From the NCBI GenBank assembly GCA_021813655.1, contig JAKAJU010000189.1, positions 2,229 to 66,228 of the forward strand: a stretch of DNA of 64,000 nucleotides. Reading direction: 5' to 3'. Origin of the DNA: Chloroflexota bacterium. GTDB lineage: Bacteria; Chloroflexota; Limnocylindria; Limnocylindrales; CSP1-4. Position numbers and translations under genes: made by a program. Position 1 is the stretch's first letter, and the number at the start of each line of letters is the position of its first letter. Under the pieces are notes generated by a model. The model did not search any database. It was not told where the DNA came from and saw only the letters and a list, made by a program, of their open reading frames with translations. Positions 1-9,193 of the stretch are shown piece after piece.

Positions 1-26
1 TCCGAGCGAGGTGGTAGCCTGCCCGG

Positions 27-419
27 ATGCCGCCGCATGATCGGCACGGGCCCGCGCGGGTCCCGCCCGTGCCGACGTACCCGCGCCGTGATCCCGAACC
101 GGGCACCGCCGCGGACGACCCGGCCGTGATCGCGCTCGCGACGGCGTTGGGCGAGGAGCCGGCGTTCGTCTCGCGGACGCTGCGGTCCTTCGTCCGCGAT
201 GGCCGGCTCGAGGCGATCCCGGCGCGCGACCGGAAGCGCCGCGTGATCCTCCGATGGCTCCGCGACAGGGCGTTCCCCGGGGATGGGACGTGGGCCGAGC
301 GGGAGCTGGACGCGCGCCTCGCGCTCATCCACCCGGACGTCTCGGCCCTGCGCCGCTACCTCGTGGATGCCGGCCTTCTCGCGCGAGGCGGGGGCGTGTA
401 CCGGCGCGGGGCGGGCTGA
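27..419 (+). CDS. DUF2087-like protein; the N-terminus may lie upstream of the window
   Basis: The translation ends with ...RKRRVILRWLRDRAFPGDGTWAERELDARL...LRRYLVDAGLLARGGGVYRR, which matches the conserved C-terminal DUF2087 signature as I recall it. The ORF begins 27 nt from the window edge. Confidence 0.4.
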   Translation: MPPHDRHGPARVPPVPTYPRRDPEPGTAADDPAVIALATALGEEPAFVSRTLRSFVRDGRLEAIPARDRKRRVILRWLRDRAFPGDGTWAERELDARLALIHPDVSALRRYLVDAGLLARGGGVYRRGAG

Positions 420-472
420 CGACCAGGCCACGGCTCCCGGGCTGGCCCTGCCCGCCGGCCGGGAGCCGTCCG

Positions 473-1081
473 TCACGCTGACGCGGCCTTCGTCTTCGAC
501 CGGGACGGTCGCGCAGGCGTGTAGTCGCCCCCGACGACCGGCTCGATCAGACCGTATGCGCCGTCGTTGCGGCGGTACAGGACCGCGATGCGTTCCGTCT
601 CCGCGTTGACGAACACGAAGAAGTCGTGGCCGAGGTCGTCCATCCGCTCGATGGCGTCCTCCTCGAACATGGGCTCGATCGCGAACCGCTTCGTCTTCAC
701 GACCCGCCTGTCCCGAGCCTCGTCGGCCGTTCCGTCCGCGATCCTGCGCAGAAGCTCCTTCTCCTCGGGCGGCCGGACGCGATGCGACCGCGGCTTCTCC
801 CGGAAGTCGACGGCGCGCCGCTCGATCTTGTCCACGACCTCGTCGATCCCAGCCTCGTGGGTGGGCCCTGCCGCCCGACCGCGAAGCGGCTCGCCGTCGA
901 TCACGAGCGTGACCTCGACGATCCGGGAGTCCGCCGCGCTGCGGTGCTTCTCGACGGAGAGCTCGACGAGCGCATCCGATCGGTCATCGAGGAACCGTTC
1001 GAGGCGCGCCATCTTTCGCTCGGCGTACTCGCGCGTGCGATCCGGGACGTCGATGTTCTTGCCCTTGACGATCGTCCTCAC
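473..1081 (-). CDS. hpf: Ribosome hibernation-promoting factor (long HPF)
   Basis: The sequence VRTIVKGKNIDVPDRTREYAERKMARLERFLDD...RIVEVTLVIDG... has the sigma54-modulation/RaiA fold signature plus the long-HPF C-terminal dimerisation domain. A GTG start at 1081 sits 6 nt after a GGGAGG SD on the minus strand. The ORF-track start at 1369 is probably an over-extension. Confidence 0.85.
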   Translation of the reverse strand: MRTIVKGKNIDVPDRTREYAERKMARLERFLDDRSDALVELSVEKHRSAADSRIVEVTLVIDGEPLRGRAAGPTHEAGIDEVVDKIERRAVDFREKPRSHRVRPPEEKELLRRIADGTADEARDRRVVKTKRFAIEPMFEEDAIERMDDLGHDFFVFVNAETERIAVLYRRNDGAYGLIEPVVGGDYTPARPSRSKTKAASA

Positions 1082-1248
1082 GGATGACCTCCCATGGGCG
1101 ACGCGGCGCGCGGCGCTGCGGTCGATCCGCAGCGAACGCGCGCCGGCATGGCCGATGTCACGACCCGAGTATAGGTCCGCTGCCCGCGTCCTCCGCCAGC
1201 GCCCGATGGCCGGTCCGCGGGATACCGAGGTCCCGAACGCCGGCCGGC

Positions 1249-1977
1249 TCACCGCTCTCGGGCGAACGTGATGGCCGAGACCGCGACGGCGCCGGCCGAG
1301 TAGATGACGAGGGCGCCTTCCCGGAGCGTCGCGCCGGTCGTCATCACGTCGTCCACGAGGACGACCCACCGGCCGCTGACCCGGGCTGTCACGGATGGAG
1401 GCACCGCGAAGGCTCCGGCGACGTTCCCGGCGCGCCCGGCCCGGTCGAGGTCCGCCTGGCGGCCGGTGCGCCGGGCGCGGACCAGCGCGCCCGCGACGGG
1501 GACGCCTGCCGCCCGACCCGCCTCCCGTGCCAGAAGCTCAGCCTGATCGAAGCCCCGCTCGCGAAGGCGCTCGCGATGGACCGGCACGGGGACGAAGAGG
1601 TCGCCGCGCATCCCGCACGCGGTCCACCTGCGCGCCAGCGCATTCCCGAGCGGCCGTGCGAGCCGCCGTTCGCCGCCGTACTTGAGGGCATGGATCGCGG
1701 CGCGGCCGAGCCCTGCGTACGGGATGCACCACTCGTGGGCGACGAGGGGAAGCGGCACGTCCGAGGGCACGCCGACCGCCACCCCGGGCGGGAGTCCGAG
1801 CCGAACGTCGAGCGCCGCCTCGCACGCATGGCAGAGCACGACCCCCTCCCGGCCGCAACCAGGGCACGTGGGGGGCAGGACCAGGTCGAGGAGGTGCGAG
1901 GCACCGACGCGGACGGCACGCCCGGCGGGAACGAGGGGTGAAGGCGTCATCGGGGGATCATCGGCCGGGGCCGTCAT
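1249..1977 (-). CDS. ComF-family phosphoribosyltransferase-domain protein
   Basis: An N-terminal 4-Cys cluster (CPGCG...CHAC) is followed by the C-terminal PRTase motif VVLVDDVMTTGATL. A comF-like gene next to hpf is the arrangement seen in actinobacteria. The start could be M60 or M69 of the ORF. Confidence 0.7.
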   Translation of the reverse strand: MTAPADDPPMTPSPLVPAGRAVRVGASHLLDLVLPPTCPGCGREGVVLCHACEAALDVRLGLPPGVAVGVPSDVPLPLVAHEWCIPYAGLGRAAIHALKYGGERRLARPLGNALARRWTACGMRGDLFVPVPVHRERLRERGFDQAELLAREAGRAAGVPVAGALVRARRTGRQADLDRAGRAGNVAGAFAVPPSVTARVSGRWVVLVDDVMTTGATLREGALVIYSAGAVAVSAITFARER

Positions 1978-2039
1978 CCGGCGACCACGCTGCGCTGGCC
2001 GCCGGGTCGCCACCGGGTCACCGCGGGGTCGCCGACGGT

Positions 2040-2405
2040 TCAGCGCTCGATCACCACCCTGTCTCCGAGCGCTGTGCCGGAGCGGTCGATGGTCCCGACC
2101 GGGAGCTCGATCGTCCCGGAACCCCCGCGCACCCACCAGACGACGCCGATCCACGGCCGGAGCGCGCGCCGGAGGCCAACGACCGCCCGGGTCCCATCCG
2201 ACTCCTGGCGCCCGACGAAGACGCAGTCGATCGGAAAGCGCATGAAGAGCATGTGGATGCTCGGCGAGCCCGGCAGCCAGAGACCCGCGCCATCGGGTAG
2301 GCCGGGGCGCCCCATGAGCCCCATGAACTTCTCGACGAAGCCCTCGCCGAGCTCGAGGTCCGCGGCGAGGGCGGTCCCCCGCGTCAGGTTCCGGGCGCTC
2401 GCCAC
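2040..2405 (-). CDS. DUF192 (COG1430) family protein
   Basis: The C-terminal 95 aa (MGLMGRPGLPDGAGLWLPGSPSIHMLFMRFPIDCVFVGRQ...GTIELPVGTI) match DUF192. The upstream part of the ORF is low-complexity Ser/Arg junk that overlaps tadC, so the start was placed at an internal GTG. The start is uncertain (2324-2405). Confidence 0.5.
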   Translation of the reverse strand: MASARNLTRGTALAADLELGEGFVEKFMGLMGRPGLPDGAGLWLPGSPSIHMLFMRFPIDCVFVGRQESDGTRAVVGLRRALRPWIGVVWWVRGGSGTIELPVGTIDRSGTALGDRVVIER

Positions 2406-2421
2406 CGACCGGACACCAGCC

Positions 2422-3360
2422 TCACTGAGGCATGCCGGAGAGGCCACGGATGAGGAGGATGATCGCCGGCCCGAGGATGACGATGAAGAGCGTCGGGAAG
2501 ATGCACCCGATGAGCGGGAACAGCATCTTGATCGGCGCCCGCTGGGCCATCTCCTCGGCGCGCTGCCGGCGGTCGATCCGCATCTGCTCGGACTGGACCT
2601 GCAGGACCTTGGAGATCGAGACACCCAGCTGCTCGGCCTGGATGACCGCGGAGATGAAGTTCGTGAGGGCCTGGACCTCGGTCCGCGGGACGATGTCGCG
2701 GAGCGCGTCGCGGCGCGTCTTGCCCATCCGGACCTCGGCGAGCGCGCGGCGGAACTCGTCGGGGAGCGGGCCCTTCATCTTCTCGACGACCTTCGCGAGC
2801 GCGGCGTCGAAGCCGAGGCCGGCGCGCACCGAGATCGTGATGAGGTCGAGCACGTCCGGGAGCTGCAGGACGATGAGCTTCTGGCGGGCCTTCACGCGGC
2901 GCCCGAGCCAGAACTCCGGCGCCATGTATCCGACGGCGATCCCCGCCGCTCCCAGAGCGATGGCCAGGGGGAACCCGACGCCGATGAACAGCCAGAAGAG
3001 GAGGAAGAAGACGACGCCCGCGACGCCCGCCGCGATGACCTTGATCCCCATCCACTCCTGGACGCCGACCTCGCCCGGGTTCCCTGCCTGCGCCAGGCTC
3101 TTCTCCGTGCGGTCGGCGAAGCTTGCCGAGGCGAATCGCTTCGAGAGTCCGGAGAGCCGGAGCGCGAGCGGCCGCAGGGTGCGTTCGGCGAACGGCTGCT
3201 GGAGCTCGAGCTCCTCGAGCGACTTCGCCTGCATCGTGCCGAGCTGAGAAAGGCGCGCCTGGACGGGGTCCGTGGAGCGTCCGCTCGCGACTGCCACGGC
3301 GATGAGGACGATCGACGCGGCGGCCGCGGCGGCGATGATGATCGGGAGGAATGCGCCCAT
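2422..3360 (-). CDS. tadC: Tad pilus assembly inner-membrane platform protein TadC (T2SS-F family)
   Basis: Polytopic membrane protein with the type II secretion F-domain pattern and the C-terminal ...MLFPLIGCIFPTLFIVILGPAIILLIRG. It sits immediately downstream of tadB. Confidence 0.85.
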   Translation of the reverse strand: MGAFLPIIIAAAAAASIVLIAVAVASGRSTDPVQARLSQLGTMQAKSLEELELQQPFAERTLRPLALRLSGLSKRFASASFADRTEKSLAQAGNPGEVGVQEWMGIKVIAAGVAGVVFFLLFWLFIGVGFPLAIALGAAGIAVGYMAPEFWLGRRVKARQKLIVLQLPDVLDLITISVRAGLGFDAALAKVVEKMKGPLPDEFRRALAEVRMGKTRRDALRDIVPRTEVQALTNFISAVIQAEQLGVSISKVLQVQSEQMRIDRRQRAEEMAQRAPIKMLFPLIGCIFPTLFIVILGPAIILLIRGLSGMPQ

Positions 3361-3362
3361 CG

Positions 3363-4379
3363 TCAGACCTGGATGTCCACGATCCTGCGGATGAGGATGA
3401 AGCCGATCGCCATCATGAAGCCGCCGATCGCGAGGATGATGACACCCGCGGGAAGGCCGAGCACCTCGGGCGGCTTCGAGAACATCGGCTCCATGAAGCT
3501 CGGTGCGATGACGAACAGGAGAGCCATGATGCCGATCGGCAGGCCGGCCACGACGTAGCCGGACATCCGCTGCTGCGCAGTGAGGACGCGGATCTCGCCC
3601 TTGATCCGCATCCGCTCGCGGATCGTGAACGCGATCGAGTCGAGGATCTCGGCGAGGTTACCGCCGACCTGGTGCTGGATCGTGATCGCGGTGACCATGA
3701 GCTCAAGGTCGTCCGACCGGACGCGCCGCACCATGTTCTCCATCGCGCCGTCGAACGGGAGGCCGAGGTTGACCTCGCGGATCACCCGGCCGAACTCCAG
3801 CGAGATCGGCGGTCGCGACTCGCGCGTGACGAGCTCGATCGCCTGGAGGAACGACGACCCGGCGCGGAGGGCGTTCGCGATCAGGGTGATCGTGTCGGGC
3901 AGCTGCTTGTTGAACGCATTCAGTCGTCCGTTCTTGCGCCGGCCCACGTAGATCCGCGGCAGGAAGAACCCGACGACGGCCCCGATGACGAGGAAGATCG
4001 GGTTGGCCAGAGTCGGCAGCACGAGCGAGAAGGCGAGCATCACGACCGGGACCGCCACCGTGCTGCCCACCATGATCGCCATGTACTCGCTGACCCGCAG
4101 GTGCAGGTCGGCGCGGGCGAGGTCGCGGGCCATGGTCGCGCCGAAGCTGCGCTGCTCGACCGCCCTGTTGATCTGCGAGAGCGCCTCGCTCTGCTGGAGG
4201 AGCTCGGCGATCGAGGGCGACGCCTCCGTCTTCTTCTGCTCCTTCTGGCGCCGACCGGGCGAGACGTACCGATCGATGCGGCCCGAGACGCCACCGGAGC
4301 CCGCACCGGACAGCGCGAACGCGATGAGGACGATCGCGACGGCCGCGACGACGGCGACGGCGACGGCGACGGGGGACAT
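3363..4379 (-). CDS. tadB: Tad pilus assembly platform protein TadB (T2SS-F family)
   Basis: Paralogue of TadC with the same architecture (NAFNKQLPDTITLIANALRAGSSFLQAIE...). It lies between tadA and tadC. Confidence 0.85.
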   Translation of the reverse strand: MSPVAVAVAVVAAVAIVLIAFALSGAGSGGVSGRIDRYVSPGRRQKEQKKTEASPSIAELLQQSEALSQINRAVEQRSFGATMARDLARADLHLRVSEYMAIMVGSTVAVPVVMLAFSLVLPTLANPIFLVIGAVVGFFLPRIYVGRRKNGRLNAFNKQLPDTITLIANALRAGSSFLQAIELVTRESRPPISLEFGRVIREVNLGLPFDGAMENMVRRVRSDDLELMVTAITIQHQVGGNLAEILDSIAFTIRERMRIKGEIRVLTAQQRMSGYVVAGLPIGIMALLFVIAPSFMEPMFSKPPEVLGLPAGVIILAIGGFMMAIGFILIRRIVDIQV

Positions 4380-4391
4380 GGTCGGACCTCG

Positions 4392-5801
4392 TCAGAAGCT
4401 GAAGCCGAACAGCCCGGGCGGGAGCTGGATGCCCATGACCTCGAACTTCTCGACGAACCGGGGACGGATCCCGGTCGGCTTCAGCCGGCCCTGGATGCGG
4501 CCTTCCACGACGCCCGTCTGCTCGAAGATGAAGACATCCTGCATGACGATGACGTCGCCTTCCATCCCCTGGACCTCGGTGATGTTCGTGATCTTCCGGG
4601 TCCCGTCCTTGAGGCGCGCCTGGTGAACGATCAGATCGACGGCGGAGGCGATCTGCTCGCGGATCGCGCGGAGCGGGAGCTCCACGCCGGCCATGAGGAC
4701 CATCGTCTCGAGGCGGGCGAGCATGTCGCGCGGGCTGTTCGCATGGCCCGTGCTCATCGAACCGTCGTGGCCCGTGTTCATCGCCTGGAGCATGTCGAGC
4801 GCCTCGCCGGACCGGCACTCGCCGACGATGATGCGGTCGGGCCGCATCCGGAGCGAGTTCCGGACGAGCTCCCGGATCGGGATCGCGCCACGACCCTCGA
4901 TGTTCGGCGGTCGGCTCTCGAGCGTGACCACGTGCTCCTGCCGGAGCTGCAGCTCGGCGGCGTCCTCGATCGTGATGATCCGCTCGTCGTTCGGGATGAA
5001 GGACGAGAGGACGTTCAGGGTCGTCGTCTTGCCCGAGCCGGTGCCGCCCGAGACGAACACGTTCATGCGGGCCTCGACACACGCGCGGAGGAAGTCGAAC
5101 ATCTCCGGTGTGGCCGTCCCGAATCGGACGAGGTCCTCGACGGTGAACGGGCTGGCTGCGAACTTCCGGATCGTCAGGACGGGGCCCACGAGCGAGAGCG
5201 GCGGGATGATGGCGTTGACGCGGGACCCGTCCGTGAGCCGGGCGTCGACCATCGGGCTCGACTCGTCGACGCGTCGGCCGATCGGCGCGATGATCCGGTC
5301 GATGATCCGCATGACGTGCTCGTCGTTCTGGAAGACGACGTTCGTCAGCTCGAGCTTGCCGCTCCGTTCGACGTAGACCTGGCGCGGCCCGTTGACCATG
5401 ATCTCGGTGATGCTCTCGTCGCGGAGGAGCGGCTCGAGCGGTCCGAGGCCGATGATCTCGTCGGTGATCTGCTCGAGCATCCGCACGCGTTCGGCGCGGG
5501 TGAGGGCGAGGCCCTCCTCGTCGACGACGCGGCTGAAGATCTCCTCGATCTGCCGGCGGACCTCGACCTGGTTGGAGAGGTCGAGTCGCGGGTCGAGCTC
5601 CTGGATGACGCGGGTCTGGATCCGGAACTTGACGTCGCGGAACGACTCGCGGACCGGCGCGGTGGCCAGGAGGCGCGCGGCCGAGGTCGGGGGTCCCGGC
5701 GGCATCCCGCCCGGCGCCGGAGCGACCGGGCTCGGTGCCGGCTCCGGCGCCCCCCCGGCACCCCCGGGTCTCGCGCTCTCGATGCGCTTCAGCAGGGACA
5801 T
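4392..5801 (-). CDS. tadA: Tad pilus ATPase TadA/CpaF (T2SS-E / VirB11 family)
   Basis: Walker A motif GGTGSGKTT, the ...RIIVGECRSGEA... segment, and the Asp/His boxes typical of CpaF secretion ATPases. Confidence 0.9.
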   Translation of the reverse strand: MSLLKRIESARPGGAGGAPEPAPSPVAPAPGGMPPGPPTSAARLLATAPVRESFRDVKFRIQTRVIQELDPRLDLSNQVEVRRQIEEIFSRVVDEEGLALTRAERVRMLEQITDEIIGLGPLEPLLRDESITEIMVNGPRQVYVERSGKLELTNVVFQNDEHVMRIIDRIIAPIGRRVDESSPMVDARLTDGSRVNAIIPPLSLVGPVLTIRKFAASPFTVEDLVRFGTATPEMFDFLRACVEARMNVFVSGGTGSGKTTTLNVLSSFIPNDERIITIEDAAELQLRQEHVVTLESRPPNIEGRGAIPIRELVRNSLRMRPDRIIVGECRSGEALDMLQAMNTGHDGSMSTGHANSPRDMLARLETMVLMAGVELPLRAIREQIASAVDLIVHQARLKDGTRKITNITEVQGMEGDVIVMQDVFIFEQTGVVEGRIQGRLKPTGIRPRFVEKFEVMGIQLPPGLFGFSF

Positions 5802-5860
5802 CGCTTGGGCCTCGATTCGCTTGGGACGCTCACGTTACATACCCTCGTCCAGCCCGCCCG

Positions 5861-7114
5861 CTAGCGGAGCGAGAAGATCCCTCTCTTCCTCTCGACCTTG
5901 GCGCGCTGGCCCGACGCCTCCGTCTCGCCGCCGAGCAGGAACCGCGCGAGCTTGAGGATGTCCTGCGACACCTGCATCTCGCGGTTGCTCGTCACGAACG
6001 GCACGCCGCGGTTGAGAGCGTAGACGACCGTCCGGCCGTCGCTGATGATCTGGTGGTCGAACTTCCGGCCGATCGACTGCTCGGCGTCGGAGACACGGAT
6101 CCCGAGCGCCGAGTCGGCTCGGTTGAGGACGAGCCTGATGCGGTCCGCCGGGTAGCCGAGCTGCTCCGCGATCTCGAGGAAGAGCCGAACGCTCTTGATG
6201 CTCGTGATCTCCAGGGTCAGGACGGCGAGGATGACGTCCGCCGTGTCGAGGATCGCGAGCGTCGTGTCGCTGAACCATGCCGGACAGTCGACGATGACGA
6301 GGTCGCTCGACTGCCGGAACATCTCGACGACACGCTTGGCGGCCGCGGGCGTGATGAGGTCCGCCGTCTCGGGCGAGGGCGGCGCGAGGAGCACGCGCAG
6401 GCCGGACGAGTGCGACACGGTGAACGTCTCGAGCGACTCCACCTCGCCGCCCTGCATCTCCGGGATGAGGTCCGCGATCGACTTGGACCGCGGGTTGAGG
6501 TTCAGGAGGATCGCGACGTCGCCGAACTGGAACGCGGCATCCATGAGGACGACCTCGCCCGCCCGTTCGGCCGCGGCCGCCACGGCGAGGTTCACCGCGA
6601 CCGTCGTCCGTCCCACGCCGCCCTTCGGGCTGAAGACCGCCACGACGCGACCGGGTTCATGATCCGGCCGGGCGATCGCGTGGGCGTCCGGGCGCACCGG
6701 CACGGGCATCCGGCCCATCTTCTCGCGCTCGCGTTCGTAGACCTGTCGGATCGATGCTGTCAGCTCGTCGCTGCTGAACGGCTTGACGAGGAACTCGCGC
6801 GCGCCGGCGAGCATGGACCTGCGCAGGTAGTCCGCCTCACCCTGGACCGACATCATCACGATCGCCGCCGTGGGCACGATCGCGGCGAGCCGCTCCGTCG
6901 CCGTGATGCCGTCCATCTCGGGCATGTTGATGTCCATGAGCACGACGTCCGGCAGGAGCTTCGGGGCCATCTCGATGGCCTCGGGCCCCGACGCCGCGGC
7001 GCCGACGACCGTGAGATCGCGCTCGAAGCTGAGCAGCTTCGTCAGATGGTCGCGCGTCTCCGCGATGTCATCCACGATGAGGACGCGGATCTGCTCGTCC
7101 ATGGGCCTGCCCAT
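5861..7114 (-). CDS. cpaE: TadZ/CpaE: N-terminal receiver domain fused to a ParA/MinD-like ATPase
   Basis: The N-terminus (RVLIVDDIAETR...VVLMDINMPEMDG...MMSVQG...LVKPF) is a receiver domain that keeps the canonical DD, D, S/T and K residues. The C-terminal part carries the deviant Walker A motif SPKGGVGRTT. The start may be M1 (7114) or M5 (7102). Confidence 0.85.
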   Translation of the reverse strand: MGRPMDEQIRVLIVDDIAETRDHLTKLLSFERDLTVVGAAASGPEAIEMAPKLLPDVVLMDINMPEMDGITATERLAAIVPTAAIVMMSVQGEADYLRRSMLAGAREFLVKPFSSDELTASIRQVYEREREKMGRMPVPVRPDAHAIARPDHEPGRVVAVFSPKGGVGRTTVAVNLAVAAAAERAGEVVLMDAAFQFGDVAILLNLNPRSKSIADLIPEMQGGEVESLETFTVSHSSGLRVLLAPPSPETADLITPAAAKRVVEMFRQSSDLVIVDCPAWFSDTTLAILDTADVILAVLTLEITSIKSVRLFLEIAEQLGYPADRIRLVLNRADSALGIRVSDAEQSIGRKFDHQIISDGRTVVYALNRGVPFVTSNREMQVSQDILKLARFLLGGETEASGQRAKVERKRGIFSLR

Positions 7115-7154
7115 CTGCGACGGAGGCGGCGGCCGGTGATGGTCCGGCAGGCCG

Positions 7155-8036
7155 TCACTTCGTCGGCGGAAGGCTCGCCTCCAGGATCTGAGGAGGAAGG
7201 ACGCCGTACTCGGTGATGAGCGTCTTGAGGACCACGCCGCTCGTCTTGACGTCCGGCGCGTCCTTGTCCTGCGGGGAACGCAGCACCAGGGTGACGTTGT
7301 TGGCGGGGAGCGCGGAGCCCATCGTCAGCCCATCCTGCTGGACGAACTGCAGGACCTCCGCCTGTTGCGGCGTCATCGCCAGGATGACGACCTGCTGGGC
7401 GGTCGCGAGGTCCGTCAGGGCAGGAGCTCCGGTCGTGGCCACGGAGGTGCTCGCGGTCGCCCCCAGGATCGCCCGCACCTCGGCGTTCTGGATGATCACC
7501 TTGGACGAATCGCCCTCGAGGCCGGGGATGTCGATCGACTGCGGCGGCGCCGACGGCTCGGCTCCCGGCGCGAGCAGCGTCTCCTTGATCTTGATCGTCA
7601 TGACGATATCGACGCGGTCACCGGGGAGGATGAGGGTCCCGACGCCCGTGACCGCGTCGACGCGGACGGCGACCGCCACCATGCCGGTCGGCAGGTCCTT
7701 CGACACGCTGGTCTGCCCGGTGCCGCTGAACATCGTCTGCGACAGGTAGGCGCCCTTCGTGATGTCCGTGCGCGCCACCTGGCCCACTACCTCGCCCGGC
7801 TGGGCGAAGTAGTCCGGCTTCTTGTCGGTCACGGGAATCTGCAGCGCGGCAACCTGGCCTTCGCCGATCTTGTCGCCGAGTGGAATGTCCTGCGTCGCGA
7901 CGACCACGCTGGTCATCGGCGTCGCCGTTGGACCTCCGCCTCCGCCCTTGGAGTTGAAGACGAAGATGATGCCGACGAACGCGACGACAGCGAGGAGCAC
8001 CCCGACGACGAGGATCAGCCGGTTCGTGCGCTTCAC
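7155..8036 (-). CDS. cpaB: Flp pilus assembly protein CpaB/RcpC (SAF domain)
   Basis: N-terminal TM anchor, then a SAF-like domain (...TQDIPLGDKIGEGQVA...) and a C-terminal RcpC-like region. It sits between the pilin genes and tadZ. Confidence 0.8.
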   Translation of the reverse strand: MKRTNRLILVVGVLLAVVAFVGIIFVFNSKGGGGGPTATPMTSVVVATQDIPLGDKIGEGQVAALQIPVTDKKPDYFAQPGEVVGQVARTDITKGAYLSQTMFSGTGQTSVSKDLPTGMVAVAVRVDAVTGVGTLILPGDRVDIVMTIKIKETLLAPGAEPSAPPQSIDIPGLEGDSSKVIIQNAEVRAILGATASTSVATTGAPALTDLATAQQVVILAMTPQQAEVLQFVQQDGLTMGSALPANNVTLVLRSPQDKDAPDVKTSGVVLKTLITEYGVLPPQILEASLPPTK

Positions 8037-8230
8037 TCTGTGCCCACCCCCACCTGGTTGGAACCCAACTCTAGCACCGCACCGAACGGCCGGGACTATA
8101 CCAAAGGCCTATCGCGGGACAGGAGTACCGGATGCAGGATCTCGCCGTGTCGGATGGCGCGCTGCCGGCTGCCACATATCGAACGGCCGGCCCGGAAGGC
8201 CGGCCGTTCGATCGTTCGCGGGTCGCCCCG

Positions 8231-8416
8231 TCAGAGCGAGTTGCCGACGGTGCTCAGCAGCGAGCTGATCCCGTTGCCCATGAAGAGCAGGGCGACGATC
8301 GCCAGCACGGCGATGAGGCCCAGGATCAGGGCGTACTCCGCAAGGCCCTGGCCGCGCTCGTCGTGAGTGCCTGCAACGAAGAACGGATCGATGAGTGCAT
8401 GGAGATGGTCGAGCAC
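8231..8416 (-). CDS. flp: Flp/Fap family type IVb pilin
   Basis: The 61-aa protein carries the ...ERGQGLAEYALILGLIAVLAIVALLF... prepilin motif (G/XXXXEY). A GTG start follows a strong SD (GGAAGGAGGT). Confidence 0.8.
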   Translation of the reverse strand: MLDHLHALIDPFFVAGTHDERGQGLAEYALILGLIAVLAIVALLFMGNGISSLLSTVGNSL

Positions 8417-8629
8417 CAGGGCTACCTCCTTCCTGCCCGAGACCCCGGGATCGACGGGGCCGATCCGCCCGGCCGACGGGCGCGGCCGGCGCGACTGTGA
8501 CAGCGATGTGATCCGCGAGAGAGGTCGCCGGGCCGCGCGACGCCCGGCCCACCCTCGAGTCTGCTCACGAAAGCCGACCGCCGGTCAGGCTGTGCCCGGC
8601 CGGCGGTCGAGATCGCGCGTGCGGAGTCG

Positions 8630-8803
8630 TCAGACCGACGAGCCGACGGTGCTGAGGATGGTGCTGATCTGGCCACCGAGGAAGATGAGCGCCACGATGG
8701 CGATGATCGCGATGAGGGCGAGGATGAGCGCGTACTCGGCGAGGCCCTGGCCCTCCTCGTCCCGGCGGATGGACGCGATGAGTGCGGAGAAGTACTGGAT
8801 CAC
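8630..8803 (-). CDS. flp: Flp/Fap family type IVb pilin (second copy)
   Basis: The 57-aa product VIQYFSALIASIRRDEEGQGLAEYALILALIAIIAIVALIFLGG... is preceded by an AAGGAGGTGA SD 7 nt upstream of the GTG. The ORF-track entry 8630..9175 is an over-extension. Confidence 0.75.
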   Translation of the reverse strand: MIQYFSALIASIRRDEEGQGLAEYALILALIAIIAIVALIFLGGQISTILSTVGSSV

Positions 8804-9193
8804 TTGGCTGTCACCTCCTTTCCTCGAAGATCCCCCGGCACCTGCCGGGAGTCGGATGTGACCTGGATCGAAATCCCGGATCGGATGGCGCGACCGCCTC
8901 GGGAAAGATGCCACCGGCGTCAAGTCGAGCGCAAGGTGCGAAGGGAGCGCCGTTCGGCTCGCCACCCGACGTGGCGCGCCGCTCGCGTCCCTCCGGCTGT
9001 TGGGTTCGGGACCTCCCGGATCCGATCGGTTCGCGTGCTCGCGGTCCGAGCACGGCAACCCTAATCCCACGCGGCCGGGTGCGGCATGACCCGTTCGTCG
9101 GGGTGGGGTCTGGTGATTCGGTCCTGGGGGCCGCCTCCACTCGTCCCGCCCCGGGCCTCTCCCGGGCGATCGCACGCCCCGCGCGAGCAGCGT

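Noticed and set aside
1084-1941. 285-aa + strand ORF overlapping the comF-like gene
   Set aside because: It has no motifs, and its composition is that of an antisense GC-frame artefact. The minus-strand ORF carries the PRTase signature.
2324-2624. Upstream 100 codons of the DUF192 ORF (Ser/Arg-rich)
   Set aside because: Low-complexity sequence that overlaps the 3' end of tadC in another frame. The DUF192 homology begins only at about residue 95.
3351-5864. Very long ORFs on the strand opposite to, or out of frame with, the confident genes. Examples are 3351..5864 (+), 11422..14202 (+), 15248..17728 N-terminal part, 34048..38085 (+), 35003..37804 (-), 42416..44104 (+), 55397..57724 (+), 20090..21571 (-) and 21331..22935 (-).
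   Set aside because: Their translations are low-complexity and Arg/Asp/Glu/Gly/Pro-rich, which is typical of stop-codon-poor alternative frames in roughly 70% GC DNA. Each overlaps a gene with clear family signatures. The real genes were taken from the in-frame portions only.
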